A stretch of 64,000 nt of DNA, taken from Vulcanimicrobiota bacterium (GTDB taxonomy: Bacteria; Vulcanimicrobiota; Vulcanimicrobiia; Vulcanimicrobiales; Vulcanimicrobiaceae). The stretch spans positions 480,001 through 544,000 of the forward strand of contig OY970223.1 of assembly GCA_963714015.1 (NCBI GenBank), given 5' to 3'. Position numbers and translations under genes: made by a program. The notes under the pieces were generated by a model. It was not told the DNA's origin. It saw only the letters and a program-made list of their open reading frames with translations, and did not search any database. The first letter of the stretch is position 1; the number at the start of each line of letters is the position of its first letter. Shown one piece after another: positions 40,501-50,308 of this stretch.

Positions 40501-42857
40501 GGGTTCCCTTGGGCTGGCTCAGGCAGTACGTCGATCTGCCGGCGGACGCGGGAAGGGTCGCCGAGATGCTCGCCGAGATCGGTTTTCCGGTCGACTCGAT
40601 AGAGCACCGGCCCCCGATCACCGGCGTAGTCTCCGGGCGGATTGCGCAGCTCGAGAAGCATCCGAACGCCGATCGCCTGCAAGTGGGCAAGATCGACGTC
40701 GGCAACGGAGCCGCTTTGACCATCGCAACGGCTGCGACGAACGTTGCACGGGGTCAAACGATTGCCGTTGCGACCATCGGCGCGCAGCTCCCGCATCTCA
40801 AGATCGAACGGCGCAAGATGCGCGGCGTTGAATCCGAAGGCATGATGATCTCCGCCGAAGAGCTCGCGCTGCCCGCGGAATGGTTCGAGGACGGAATCAT
40901 GCAGTTCGAAGCGGAGCTTGCCGCCGGAACCGACGTCGTCGAATACTTCAATCTCGGCGAGCCGGTGCTCGACGTGGAGGTGACGAGCAATCGCGTCGAC
41001 GCGCTGTGCGTCGTCGGCTTGGCGCGCGAACTGGCGGCATATCAGGGTGCTTCTCTGCGAATGCCGCCGCTGGACTATCATGTGTCGCCCGGCGGAGAAC
41101 CGGTGCGCGTGTCGCTGCAAAGCAGCGATTGTCACCGGTACGTCGCGCAAAGTTTCACCGGTATCCGCGTGGGCGTCTCGCCAGCGTGGATGCGCATCCG
41201 CCTCGCCCTTGCCGGCCAGCGTCCAATCAATAATATCGTCGACATTTCGAACTACGTCATGCTCGAGATGGGACAACCGCTGCACTTCTACGACGGCGAA
41301 AAGATCGCCGGCCGCCATATCATCGTGCGCGACGCCCATCCGGGCGAGCCTTTGGTCACGCTGGACGATGCAGAGCACGAGCTCTCGGCGCAGACGCTCG
41401 TCATCGCGGATGAGAGCGGCGCAATCGGCCTTGCCGGACTCAAAGGCGGTAAAAGCAGCGAAGTCTCTGACAAAACTTCAGAGATCGTACTCGAGGCGGC
41501 GAACTTCACCGGTGCGCGCGTGCGGCGCGCCGGCGCGCAACTCGGACTTCGCACCGACGCGGGCGCGAGACACGAAAAAGCGCTGCCGCTCGCTTTCACC
41601 GATTTGGGAGCGCAGCGTTCCGCACATCTGCTGACGGCTCAAGGCGCGCGCGCCCACGCACCGCAGGCTTTCGGCGAACCAATCGCCGTGCTGCCTCCAA
41701 TCCCGTTTGCGATCTCCGACGTCAAACGTCTCCTCGGCTTCGATCTCCCGCCGCAGGAGGCAATCGAATACCTCGATCGTTTGAGCTTCAAATCCGAGCT
41801 GCTCGCTGCGGGCGAGTTTGCGGTAACGCCGCCGCCATGGAGGCGCGACGTCGCTCTTTCCGCGGACTTGATCGAAGAGATCGCTCGCATGGCGGGCTAC
41901 GATCGCATTGCCGAAGTCATACCGCCCGTCGCTCAGCATGACATTTCCAGCAGCGGCTATGACTTGGAGAGCCGCATCGCGCACACTCTCGCTGCGCTGG
42001 GATATCAAGAAATCTGTTCCGTCGCCCTGCACGGCGCGCAGGTGTTCGAGCGGCTGGAACGAGGCGGCGTCACGCCGCCGGTTCGCCCGCTCGAGGTGCT
42101 CAATCCGCTCTCCGAGGATCAGCGGTATCTGCGCTATGCTTTGGGACCTGCAATGCTCGAGCATCTTGCGCGCACGGCACAACCGATCCGAATTTTCGAG
42201 ATCGGACACATTTTCTGGGACGACCAAGGACGGCCGGTCGAACAGCCCACCCTTGCATTCGGCATGACGGCCGAAACAATGGGCGAGGCCGATTGGCGCG
42301 ACGAGAACTTCCTGAAGATCAAAGGCGATGCGCTCGAACTGATCGCCGCGCTGACCGGACGGCGCGACGTCGACGCCGCACGCGACGTGCGCAACGGAAT
42401 GCACCCGGGTAAGACCGCCGTACTGCTGCTCGACGGTCGCGAGATTGCCTCATTCGGTGCGGTCGATCCCCGCGTGCTGCGAGCGTTCGACGTGCAGTTG
42501 CCGGCATACATGGTCAACGTCTTTCTGGACAACATTCCGGAATACCGGACTCCGCGGTACGCACCGCCGTCCAGGTATCCTTCGACATATCGCGATTTGG
42601 CGCTGCTCTGCGATCTCGATGTCGAGACGGCTGCACTCGAACGCGCAATCAAACGTTCCATCGGGCCCCTTTGCACGAAGGTGCGCGCGTTTGACGAATA
42701 TCGCGGCGCCGGACTCGGCCCGGGCAAAAAGAGTTTGGCAATTCGCGTAACGATGCAGCACGGCGACCGCACCATCACCGACGAGGAAGCTGATGCCGCG
42801 GTGCAGCGGGCGCTCGAAGCGCTCCGCGACGATCTCGGCGTTACGCTCCGGACTTAA
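40497..42857 (+). CDS. pheT: Phenylalanine--tRNA ligase beta subunit
   Basis: HPNADRL, RGVESEGM, NRVD, RPINNIVDISNYV, DLIEEIAR, HPGK, RDLA, KKSLA. Confidence 0.97.
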   Translation: MRVPLGWLRQYVDLPADAGRVAEMLAEIGFPVDSIEHRPPITGVVSGRIAQLEKHPNADRLQVGKIDVGNGAALTIATAATNVARGQTIAVATIGAQLPHLKIERRKMRGVESEGMMISAEELALPAEWFEDGIMQFEAELAAGTDVVEYFNLGEPVLDVEVTSNRVDALCVVGLARELAAYQGASLRMPPLDYHVSPGGEPVRVSLQSSDCHRYVAQSFTGIRVGVSPAWMRIRLALAGQRPINNIVDISNYVMLEMGQPLHFYDGEKIAGRHIIVRDAHPGEPLVTLDDAEHELSAQTLVIADESGAIGLAGLKGGKSSEVSDKTSEIVLEAANFTGARVRRAGAQLGLRTDAGARHEKALPLAFTDLGAQRSAHLLTAQGARAHAPQAFGEPIAVLPPIPFAISDVKRLLGFDLPPQEAIEYLDRLSFKSELLAAGEFAVTPPPWRRDVALSADLIEEIARMAGYDRIAEVIPPVAQHDISSSGYDLESRIAHTLAALGYQEICSVALHGAQVFERLERGGVTPPVRPLEVLNPLSEDQRYLRYALGPAMLEHLARTAQPIRIFEIGHIFWDDQGRPVEQPTLAFGMTAETMGEADWRDENFLKIKGDALELIAALTGRRDVDAARDVRNGMHPGKTAVLLLDGREIASFGAVDPRVLRAFDVQLPAYMVNVFLDNIPEYRTPRYAPPSRYPSTYRDLALLCDLDVETAALERAIKRSIGPLCTKVRAFDEYRGAGLGPGKKSLAIRVTMQHGDRTITDEEADAAVQRALEALRDDLGVTLRT

Positions 42858-42865
42858 GGTACGCC

Positions 42866-43396
42866 ATGAGCTGGCCGGATATTCTGATAGCCGCGGTGCT
42901 TCTAATCGCCGTTCTTAAAGGCTATAAGCGCGGGTTCATCATGGAGCTGGCGGGCTTCATCGCTTTGGCGCTGGCGCTTATCACGCCATGGCTGTACCCG
43001 GGCACGTTCGACGGAACCATTCGCCAACTGCTGCACTTGGGACCAGGCTCGGCGCACGTCGTCGCGATGTTCGCGGTGGGTATCGCCACATACGTCGCCA
43101 TAATGATTTTGGCGCGAATCTTGAGCACTATCGCCAAGCTCCCGATCATCGGCCTTGGGAACGCGCTTGCGGGCGCGGCGGTGGGCCTCGCCAAGGGACT
43201 AATCGGGCTTTGGCTCGTGCTCTACATCGCGCTGTTCTTCCCACTCTCGGCCGACATTCGACAAGGCTTGCAGCGCTCGGTCCTCGTCGGAATCATTACC
43301 ATGCCCGACGACTACGTCGACAGCCGGATTAGCGCGACGCTCCCATGGTTTGCGCATCCTGTAGCCGATCCGATATTTGCGCGGCATCACGTTTAG
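42866..43396 (+). CDS. CvpA (colicin V production) family membrane protein
   Basis: DILI...KGYKRGFI.E, NALAGAAVGLAKG. Confidence 0.85.
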   Translation: MSWPDILIAAVLLIAVLKGYKRGFIMELAGFIALALALITPWLYPGTFDGTIRQLLHLGPGSAHVVAMFAVGIATYVAIMILARILSTIAKLPIIGLGNALAGAAVGLAKGLIGLWLVLYIALFFPLSADIRQGLQRSVLVGIITMPDDYVDSRISATLPWFAHPVADPIFARHHV

Positions 43397-44555
43397 CGCC
43401 GCCCGTCAAGTCCAGAAACACTCTCAGCGCGGCCTGGACGCCTGCGCCGACATGCACCGGAACTTCGTATTCGAGCAGAGCCATTTCGAGCGCACCGATT
43501 GCGCCGAGCACGTCGATTTGAGAGACGTCGCCCATCGTTCCCATGCGCACGATCTTGCCCTTGAGATCGAGCTGCCCGCCGGATAGTGAAACGCCGCGCT
43601 CTTCGCGCAGTTTGCGCAGAAGCGTTGCTGCGTCGACTCCTTGGGGAACGCAGCCCGCCACCACGGTTACCGAATGCGCGTCGGGCTCGGAGAAGACGCG
43701 CAGCCCCAGCGCTTCGAACGCGGCGCGAATCGCTTGCGCGTAGATTGCATGGCGTTTGCGAACGTTTTCCGCGCCTTCGTTATGATAGTGTGCGAGCGCG
43801 GCGTCCAACGCAAAGAGCACCGAAACCGGAGGCGTCCAAGGCGTTTGTCCCTGCCGTGAAAACTCTCGCGCCTTGAGCAGGTCGAAGTAGAACCGCGCCG
43901 TGCGTGAAGATTCGATCGCTTGCCATGCGCGCGGACTCACGGCAACCATTGCAGCTCCGGGGGGCGCCGCCAGAACCTTCTGCGTGGCGGTTACGACGAC
44001 GTCGTACCCCCATTCGTCCATGCGGAAATCGTCGGCACCCAAACCGCTGACGGAGTCGACGATCGTCAGCGCACCATGCTCCCTTACGATCGTCGCCAGG
44101 CGCTTCATATCGTTTTGCACGCCGGTCGACGTCTCGTTGTGCGTGAGCAGAATGCCCTTATAGCGGCGCTTCGCGTCGCCTCGCAACGCGCCGGCGAGCG
44201 CCTCCGGATCCAGCGCGCTGCCGAGCTCCGTCTCCAGCGTATCGACCTCGATACCGAACGTTTTTGCGATTGCGACCATACGCCGTCCGAAGACGCCGAC
44301 GGGTGCTGCCAAAATCGTATCGCCCGGCGAGAACGTGCTCGCGATGGCCGCTTCCAATCCTCCGGTGCCCGAGGATCCCAGAAGCAGAATATCGGCGGAC
44401 TCCGTGCCGTAAATCGGGCGCAAGCCCTCGTCGATGCGCTTGACCAGCGCGGCAAACTGCGGACCGCGGTGGTCGATGAGCGGCTTGCTCATCGCCGCCA
44501 GCACGGACTCGGGCACGGTTACCGGCCCAGGTATGAAGAGCAGATTCTTTTTCAT
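43329..44555 (-). CDS. Class V PLP aminotransferase (alanine-glyoxylate/serine-pyruvate family)
   Basis: LFIPGP, DHRGPQF, SGTGGLEA, HNETSTGV, VDSVS, TQKVLAAPPG, TPWTP, RMGTMG. Confidence 0.92.
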   Translation of the reverse strand: MKKNLLFIPGPVTVPESVLAAMSKPLIDHRGPQFAALVKRIDEGLRPIYGTESADILLLGSSGTGGLEAAIASTFSPGDTILAAPVGVFGRRMVAIAKTFGIEVDTLETELGSALDPEALAGALRGDAKRRYKGILLTHNETSTGVQNDMKRLATIVREHGALTIVDSVSGLGADDFRMDEWGYDVVVTATQKVLAAPPGAAMVAVSPRAWQAIESSRTARFYFDLLKAREFSRQGQTPWTPPVSVLFALDAALAHYHNEGAENVRKRHAIYAQAIRAAFEALGLRVFSEPDAHSVTVVAGCVPQGVDAATLLRKLREERGVSLSGGQLDLKGKIVRMGTMGDVSQIDVLGAIGALEMALLEYEVPVHVGAGVQAALRVFLDLTGGAKRDAAQISDRLQDAQTMGASR

Positions 44556-44556
44556 T

Positions 44557-44946
44557 TTGAAAGGCGCTTCGCTTCGAGCTCCGCGCCCCCCGCTGACGCG
44601 GGGCCCCCCTTACCGCACGGCGCGTAAAGCTTCTGCTCAACGTACGCCTCCCCGAGGGCGCCGCCAAGATCGCGCGGAATTGAAAGGCGCTTCGCTTCGA
44701 GCTCCGCGCCCCCCGCTGACGCGGGGCCCCCCTTACCGCACGGCGCGTAAAGCTTCTGCTCGACGTACGCCTCCCCGAGGGCGCCGCCAAGATCGCGGAA
44801 TTGAAAGGCGCTTCGCTTCGAGCTCCGCGCCCCCCGCTGACACGGGGCCCCCCTTACCGCACGGCGCGTAAAGCTTCTGCTCAACGTACGCCTCCCCGAG
44901 GGCCCGCGGGCACCCAGCGGGGGGTCCGGAACGTGAAGCGAAGCGC
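44557..44946. repeat. Tandem repeat (123+121+~103 bp) closed by a 32-bp inverted copy of the unit start; MITE/REP-like
   Basis: Units start TTGAAAGGCGCTTCGCTTC at 44557, 44680, 44801; right arm CAGCGGGGGG-N10-GAAGCGAAGCGC (44915-44946) is the reverse complement of GCGCTTCGCTTC-N10-CCCCCCGCTG. Confidence 0.9.
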
Positions 44947-44953
44947 ATGGCAA

Positions 44954-45991
44954 ATGGACCTGACCGACATCAAGCTGACCGAGTTCGCAGCCTGCGCGGG
45001 TTGAGCGAGTAAACTCGGCTCGTCCGAGCTGGCGCAGGTCCTGCGCCGTTTACCGCAATCCGCCGACGCTAACGTGATCGTCGGTTTTAATACAGCCGAC
45101 GATGCCGGCGTCTACCGGCTGACCGACGATCTTGCCATCGTGCAGACCGTCGATTTTTTCACGCCCATCGTGGATGATCCGTACGACTTCGGACGCATTG
45201 CGGCGGCCAACGCGCTCTCGGACGTCTATGCGATGGGCGCAAAGCCGATCAGCGCATTGAACATTGCCGCTTTCCCTAGTGAAACGATCGACGTTGCGAT
45301 ACTCGAACGAATACTGCAAGGCGGCTCGGCTATCGCGCAGCAAGCGGGCGTTGCCATCCTCGGCGGCCATACAATCAAAGACAGCGAGCCCAAGTACGGC
45401 ATGGCGGTAACCGGAACGATCGATCCCGCAAACATCGTTACGAACGGGAACGCTCGCCCCGGGGATATCCTGCTTCTAACCAAACCCCTCGGGACGGGCG
45501 TTCTCTCCACCGCCCTTAAACAACGAACTATTACGCCGGAGCGCATGCAGCGCGCGGTCGAGTGGATGGTTCTGCTCAACGATCGTGCCTCGCTCGCAAT
45601 GGTTGCGGCGAACGCGCATGCGGCGACCGACATAACAGGTTACGGCTTGCTTGGGCACGCCGGTGAGATGATGCGAGCGTCAGCGATCAATTTGCGACTG
45701 TTTGCGCAGAGTGTTCCGCTCATGGAAGGCGTCCTCGAACTGATCGAGTCGGGCTGCGTTCCGGGCGGAACGAAGGACAACGCCAGAGCCCATAGCGAGT
45801 TCACCACGTTCGGTTCGGCCGTTGGTCCGGAGATGCGGCTGGCCCTCTCGGACGCGCAAACGTCGGGCGGCCTATTGATTGCGCTGCCCGCAGAGAACGT
45901 GGAAACGTTCCGTTCTCATTTGGCAGGTTCCGGCTCGCTGTGCGCCGTTATCGGGGAAGTACGTCCCGGTGAGGGCATCACTGTCGAGTAA
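44954..45991 (+). CDS. selD: Selenide, water dikinase, selenocysteine-containing (TGA 45002-45004)
   Basis: MDLTDIKLTEFAACAG-U-ASKLG in frame with DDAGVY, QTVDFFTPIVDDP, ANALSDVYAMG, LTKPLGTG, TDITGYGLLGH, DAQTSGGLL. Confidence 0.95.
45009..45053 (+). promoter_or_regulatory. Bacterial SECIS element
   Basis: Just 3' of UGA: GTAAAC/GTTTAC lower stem and GGCGCA-GGTCC-TGCGCC apical hairpin, resembling the GCAGGUCUGC loop of E. coli fdhF SECIS. Confidence 0.75.
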
Positions 45992-47357
45992 GAGCGCACT
46001 CCGCGCCAGCTCCAACTACAAATGGTACGCGCTTGCCTCCGTCATGTTGGGGACGTTCATGTCACCGCTCGACGCGAGCATTGCAAACGTAGCGCTGCCC
46101 ACGATTTCTCACGCATTCGGCGTCCCCGTCGACAGCGTCGAATGGGTGCTTATATCGTACATGCTCGTAACGTCGTCGACGCTCGTGCTTTTCGGACGCC
46201 TCGGCGATCTCATCGGTCAAAAGCAGGTGTACATCATCGGCTTTGCGATCTTCGGTCTTTCGTCGCTGGCGTGTGCGTTTGCGCCCGGTTTCGTTGCGCT
46301 GATCGGAGCGCGCGCGGTCCAGGGCATCGGCTCGGCCATGCTCATGTCGTCTAGTCCGGCGATCATCACCGGCGCGTTTCCGGCCTCCCAGCGCGGACGC
46401 GCGATCGGCCTGAACGGCGCCGCGGTCGCATTGGGCCTTTCGATGGGGCCGCTGCTCGGCGGTTTGATCATCACATACTGGAATTGGCGCTGGATATTCT
46501 TGATCAACGTGCCGATCTCGATCCTCGCGCTGCTCATCTGCGCTTTCGTGCTCCGGCGTGAAGAGCGGCAAGCCGAGCGATTCGACTTCGCCGGCTCGTT
46601 CATTGCCTTCACGACATTGCTTGCTCTTTCGCTCGCCCTCTCGCGCGCCCACGTCTGGGGCTGGGGCTCCGCACCGACAATAGTACTGCTCGTTTACGCC
46701 GTCATTGGAGCGTTCATGTTCTACGTGGTGGAGTGCCGCGTGAGCGCGCCGATGATGGATATGGAACTCTTCAAGGACCGCACGTTTGCGTTCTCAGTCC
46801 TCGCAGCGACGCTTTATTTTTGCGCGATGTACTGCGTGATATTCATCATACCGCTGACGGCCCAAACTGCTCTGGGACGAACGGCGTTGCAGGCCGGGTT
46901 ACTGCTGCTTCCCATATCCGCGCTGAACGTAGTTCTGGCACCGGTGGCGGGCGCGCTCTCCGACCGGATTGCGGCGCGCTACATCTCCACAGCGGGAGCG
47001 CTTGTATTCTTGGCGGGAACACTCATGCTCGCCCTTCAGCCGGTGCATCCGGCGATGACGATGCTTTATCTTTCACTCGTGGTCGCCGGAGCGGGCACTG
47101 CAGTCTTCAGTCAGCCCAATAACAGCGCGATTATGGGACACGCGCCGCCAAACCGGCGTGGGATTGCCGCGGGAATTCTGGCGACGGCGCGCACCTCCGG
47201 ACAGCTGCTCGGCGTCAGCGTTGCCGGCGCCATCTACTTTCTTCGTTCGCAGCAACTGGGGCCGCTCGCTCACACATACGCGCCGGCAAAGGACGTATTC
47301 TTCGCGGTCACTGCAATCATGATCGCGGTGGCCGTGGTATCCTTCAAGCGTGAGTGA
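45969..47357 (+). CDS. MFS transporter, DHA2 (EmrB/QacA-like)
   Basis: [40 protein letters not shown]; start approximate. Confidence 0.9.
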   Translation: MRASLSSKSALRASSNYKWYALASVMLGTFMSPLDASIANVALPTISHAFGVPVDSVEWVLISYMLVTSSTLVLFGRLGDLIGQKQVYIIGFAIFGLSSLACAFAPGFVALIGARAVQGIGSAMLMSSSPAIITGAFPASQRGRAIGLNGAAVALGLSMGPLLGGLIITYWNWRWIFLINVPISILALLICAFVLRREERQAERFDFAGSFIAFTTLLALSLALSRAHVWGWGSAPTIVLLVYAVIGAFMFYVVECRVSAPMMDMELFKDRTFAFSVLAATLYFCAMYCVIFIIPLTAQTALGRTALQAGLLLLPISALNVVLAPVAGALSDRIAARYISTAGALVFLAGTLMLALQPVHPAMTMLYLSLVVAGAGTAVFSQPNNSAIMGHAPPNRRGIAAGILATARTSGQLLGVSVAGAIYFLRSQQLGPLAHTYAPAKDVFFAVTAIMIAVAVVSFKRE

Positions 47358-48859
47358 GAAGCGCGCAATCCTCGCACTCGACCAAGGCACGACCAGCTCG
47401 CGCGCATTTGTTTTCGATCGCCAAGCGCGCATTTTGGGCAGCGCTCAGCGCGAGCTTTCGCAGACCTATCCGCAGCCCGGTTGGATCGAGCATGACCCGC
47501 TGGAAATTTGGAATTCGCAACTCGCAACGGCGCGAGAGGCGCTCGAGCGTTCCGGGATTTCCGGAGACGACGTGGCCGCAATCGGAATCACGAATCAGCG
47601 CGAGACGACGATCGTCTGGGATCGAAAGACCGGTAAACCGTGGTGCAATGCCATCGTCTGGCAGGATCGCCGCACCGCGGGCCTTTGTGCGCAGTTGCGG
47701 GAGCGCGGCCGGGAGGCAATGGTGCGCGAACGCACCGGACTGGTGATCGATCCGTATTTCTCCGCGTCGAAAATTCAATGGATTCTGGAGAACGTCGAGG
47801 ATCTGCGCGAGCACGCCGAGCGTGGGGAAGTCTCTTTCGGAACGGTCGATGCGTGGCTGATCTGGAACTTGACGGCCGGGCGCGCGCACGCTACCGACGT
47901 CACCAACGCGTCGCGGACGATGTTGTTCGACATCCGCAATCTGCGCTGGGACGAGGAGTCTGTCAGCTCCTTCTCGATTCCGCAGGCTATGCTTCCCGAC
48001 GTTCTCCCGACCACGGCGGAATACGGGCGGACCGATAGAGCGCTGTTCGGATCGCCGATTCCGATTTGCGCGGCAGCGGGCGACCAGCAGGCGGCGCTCG
48101 CAGGTCAAGCCGGATTCGCTGAAGGTTCCGCAAAAAACACATACGGAACCGGATCGTTCCTCGTTTTGAATACCGGCGATCGGATCGTCCGCAGCGAGCA
48201 CGGATTGATTGCGACGATCGCCCTGGGATTGCAGCCCGGTCACGCCGCATACGCGCTGGAAGGTTCCGTGTTCGTTACGGGAGCCGCCGTTCAGTGGCTC
48301 AGGGACGAGCTGAAGTTCTTCGAACGAGCAAGTGAAATAGCGGCATTGGCCTCGAGCGTGAGTGACTCGGGCGGCGTATTTTTCGTTCCGGCATTTACCG
48401 GCCTCGGCGCGCCTTATTGGGACCCCAACGCACGCGGGACGATGATAGGACTCACTCGTGGAACGACGCGCGCGCATATCGCAAGGGCCGCGCTGGAAGC
48501 CATCGCGTTCCAAACCTGCGACGTGATCGACGCAATGCGGCAAGACTCGGGCATCGTGCTCGAGGAGTTGCGCGTCGACGGAGGCGCTTCTACGCAACGA
48601 TTTGTTGATGCAGATTCAAGCAGATCTCCTCAACTGCTGCGTCGTTCGCCCTTCCGTCTCGGAGACGACCGCGCTCGGCGCGGCGTATCTGGCGGGCCTG
48701 CAGTGCGGCTTTTGGCCCGACGTCGAGTCGATCGTCTCCCACTGGAAAGAGGCCGCGCGGTTCGAGCCGCACATCTCCGAAGATCGACGCGCTGCGGCGC
48801 TTAAGCATTGGCGGCGCGCCGTCGAGCGCGCGCGCGGCTGGATTGCCGACGGAGAATGA
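47350..48859 (+). CDS. glpK: Glycerol kinase (one extra base at ~48590)
   Basis: [54 protein letters not shown]; next frame [15 protein letters not shown]. Confidence 0.95.
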
Positions 48860-50256
48860 ATCGGGCGCTCGCCCTGAATCGACTGCAATCCGAGCGGTTC
48901 GACGTTCTGGTCATCGGCGGCGGAGCCACCGGTCTTGGCTGTGCGCTCGATGCAGCATCGCGCGGTTATTTGACGGCGCTCATCGAGGCAGAAGACTTTG
49001 CCAAAGCGACCTCGAGCAGATCGACGAAGCTGATTCACGGCGGCGTTCGCTATCTGCGCCAAGGGAACTTTTCGCTCGTTCGCGAGGCGCTTTTGGAACG
49101 TGCGCGTATCCTTGAAAACGCCCCGGATTACGTCCATTCGCTGGAGTTTTTCGTCCCCGCACGGCATCTTCTCGAGAGTTTGTATTATGCTGCGGGGCTA
49201 AAACTCTACGACGTTCTTTCAGGCGGCCGCGCCTTTCCCGCCAGCCGCTCGGTGCGCGGCGGTGTGACGTATTGGGATGCGCAATTCGACGACGCTCGCA
49301 TGGCGATTGCACTGGCGCGTACCGCGCACGGTCAGGGAGCGGCCATTGCAAATTACGCCGCCGTTACCGCAATTCACTACGAACGAGGACGGGTGGCGGG
49401 CGCGCAAGCATTCGATCGCGAGAGCGGCACCTCTTTTACGATACGAGCCCGCAGCGTAGTCAACGCGGGCGGAATTTTCGTCGATCGTCTTCGCGAACTG
49501 GACGAGCCGTCGTGTGATCCGCTGCTCGCGTTCAGTCGCGGAACCCACATCGTCGCCGATCTCGCTTTTCTGCACGATCCCAAGCGCGCGGTGCTGGTAC
49601 CGCGAACTGCAGACGGACGCGTGCTCTTTGCGATTCCTTGGCTGGGGCGCGCGTTGATCGGGACGACCGATATCGCAGCGGAAAAGGCCGAGTACGATCC
49701 GGTTCCGGCTCCCGCCGAGATCGAGTATTTGATCGCGACGGCTAGTCCTTACCTCGCCCGGCCGATCGCGCGCAGCGATGTGCGCAGCGCTTTCACCGGT
49801 CTGCGCCCTTTGCTCCGCGCGCCCGCCTCGGCCACGTCTCATCTTTCCCGCGAGCACGCCGTGGTCGTTTCAAAAAACGGATTGGTGACGATTGCAGGCG
49901 GCAAATGGACGACGTACCGGAAGATGGCGCAGAGCGCCGTCGACGCCGCCGCGCAAACCGCAGAGTTGAATTTTGCGCCATGCCGAACCGCGCAGTTGCG
50001 CTTGTGCAACGATGAGATGCCGGCGAATCCGGCACTGCAGCTCGCCCACGCCGTGAAAAACGAGATGGCGCGGACGGTCGAGGATTTTTTGGCGCGCCGT
50101 ACGAGGCTGTTGTTCTTGGACGCGCGCACAGCGATCGCACAAGCGCCGCAAGTTTCTACCGCACTTGCGCAGCTGATGGGCTTCGGGCAAAGTTGGGCTG
50201 CCGAGCAATCCGCCGCCTTTGTTAAAATTGCGCGGAATTATACATTGAACACGTAG
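48856..50256 (+). CDS. glpD: FAD-dependent glycerol-3-phosphate dehydrogenase/oxidase
   Basis: IGGGATG, TSSRSTKLIHGGVRYL, IGTTD, GLRPL, GGKWTTYRKMA, LARRTR. Confidence 0.93.
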   Translation: MNRALALNRLQSERFDVLVIGGGATGLGCALDAASRGYLTALIEAEDFAKATSSRSTKLIHGGVRYLRQGNFSLVREALLERARILENAPDYVHSLEFFVPARHLLESLYYAAGLKLYDVLSGGRAFPASRSVRGGVTYWDAQFDDARMAIALARTAHGQGAAIANYAAVTAIHYERGRVAGAQAFDRESGTSFTIRARSVVNAGGIFVDRLRELDEPSCDPLLAFSRGTHIVADLAFLHDPKRAVLVPRTADGRVLFAIPWLGRALIGTTDIAAEKAEYDPVPAPAEIEYLIATASPYLARPIARSDVRSAFTGLRPLLRAPASATSHLSREHAVVVSKNGLVTIAGGKWTTYRKMAQSAVDAAAQTAELNFAPCRTAQLRLCNDEMPANPALQLAHAVKNEMARTVEDFLARRTRLLFLDARTAIAQAPQVSTALAQLMGFGQSWAAEQSAAFVKIARNYTLNT

Positions 50257-50308
50257 GGGCCGCCCGGCGTCCGGTGGGAGAAGGGCAGGTCGAGGCGAAG
50301 ACCGCCGC

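Noticed and set aside
44557..44946. CRISPR array or tandem glycine riboswitch
   Set aside because: Units are ~122 bp and near-identical with no unique spacers and no cas genes; glycine aptamer motifs are absent.
45002..45004. selD premature stop
   Set aside because: TGA is at the known Sec/Cys catalytic position, the frame continues and a SECIS-like hairpin follows.
4228..48859. Calling the frameshifted genes pseudogenes or programmed frameshifts
   Set aside because: They include essential genes, each has a single indel with otherwise intact motifs, and no slippery heptamers are seen; a systematic sequencing error is more parsimonious.
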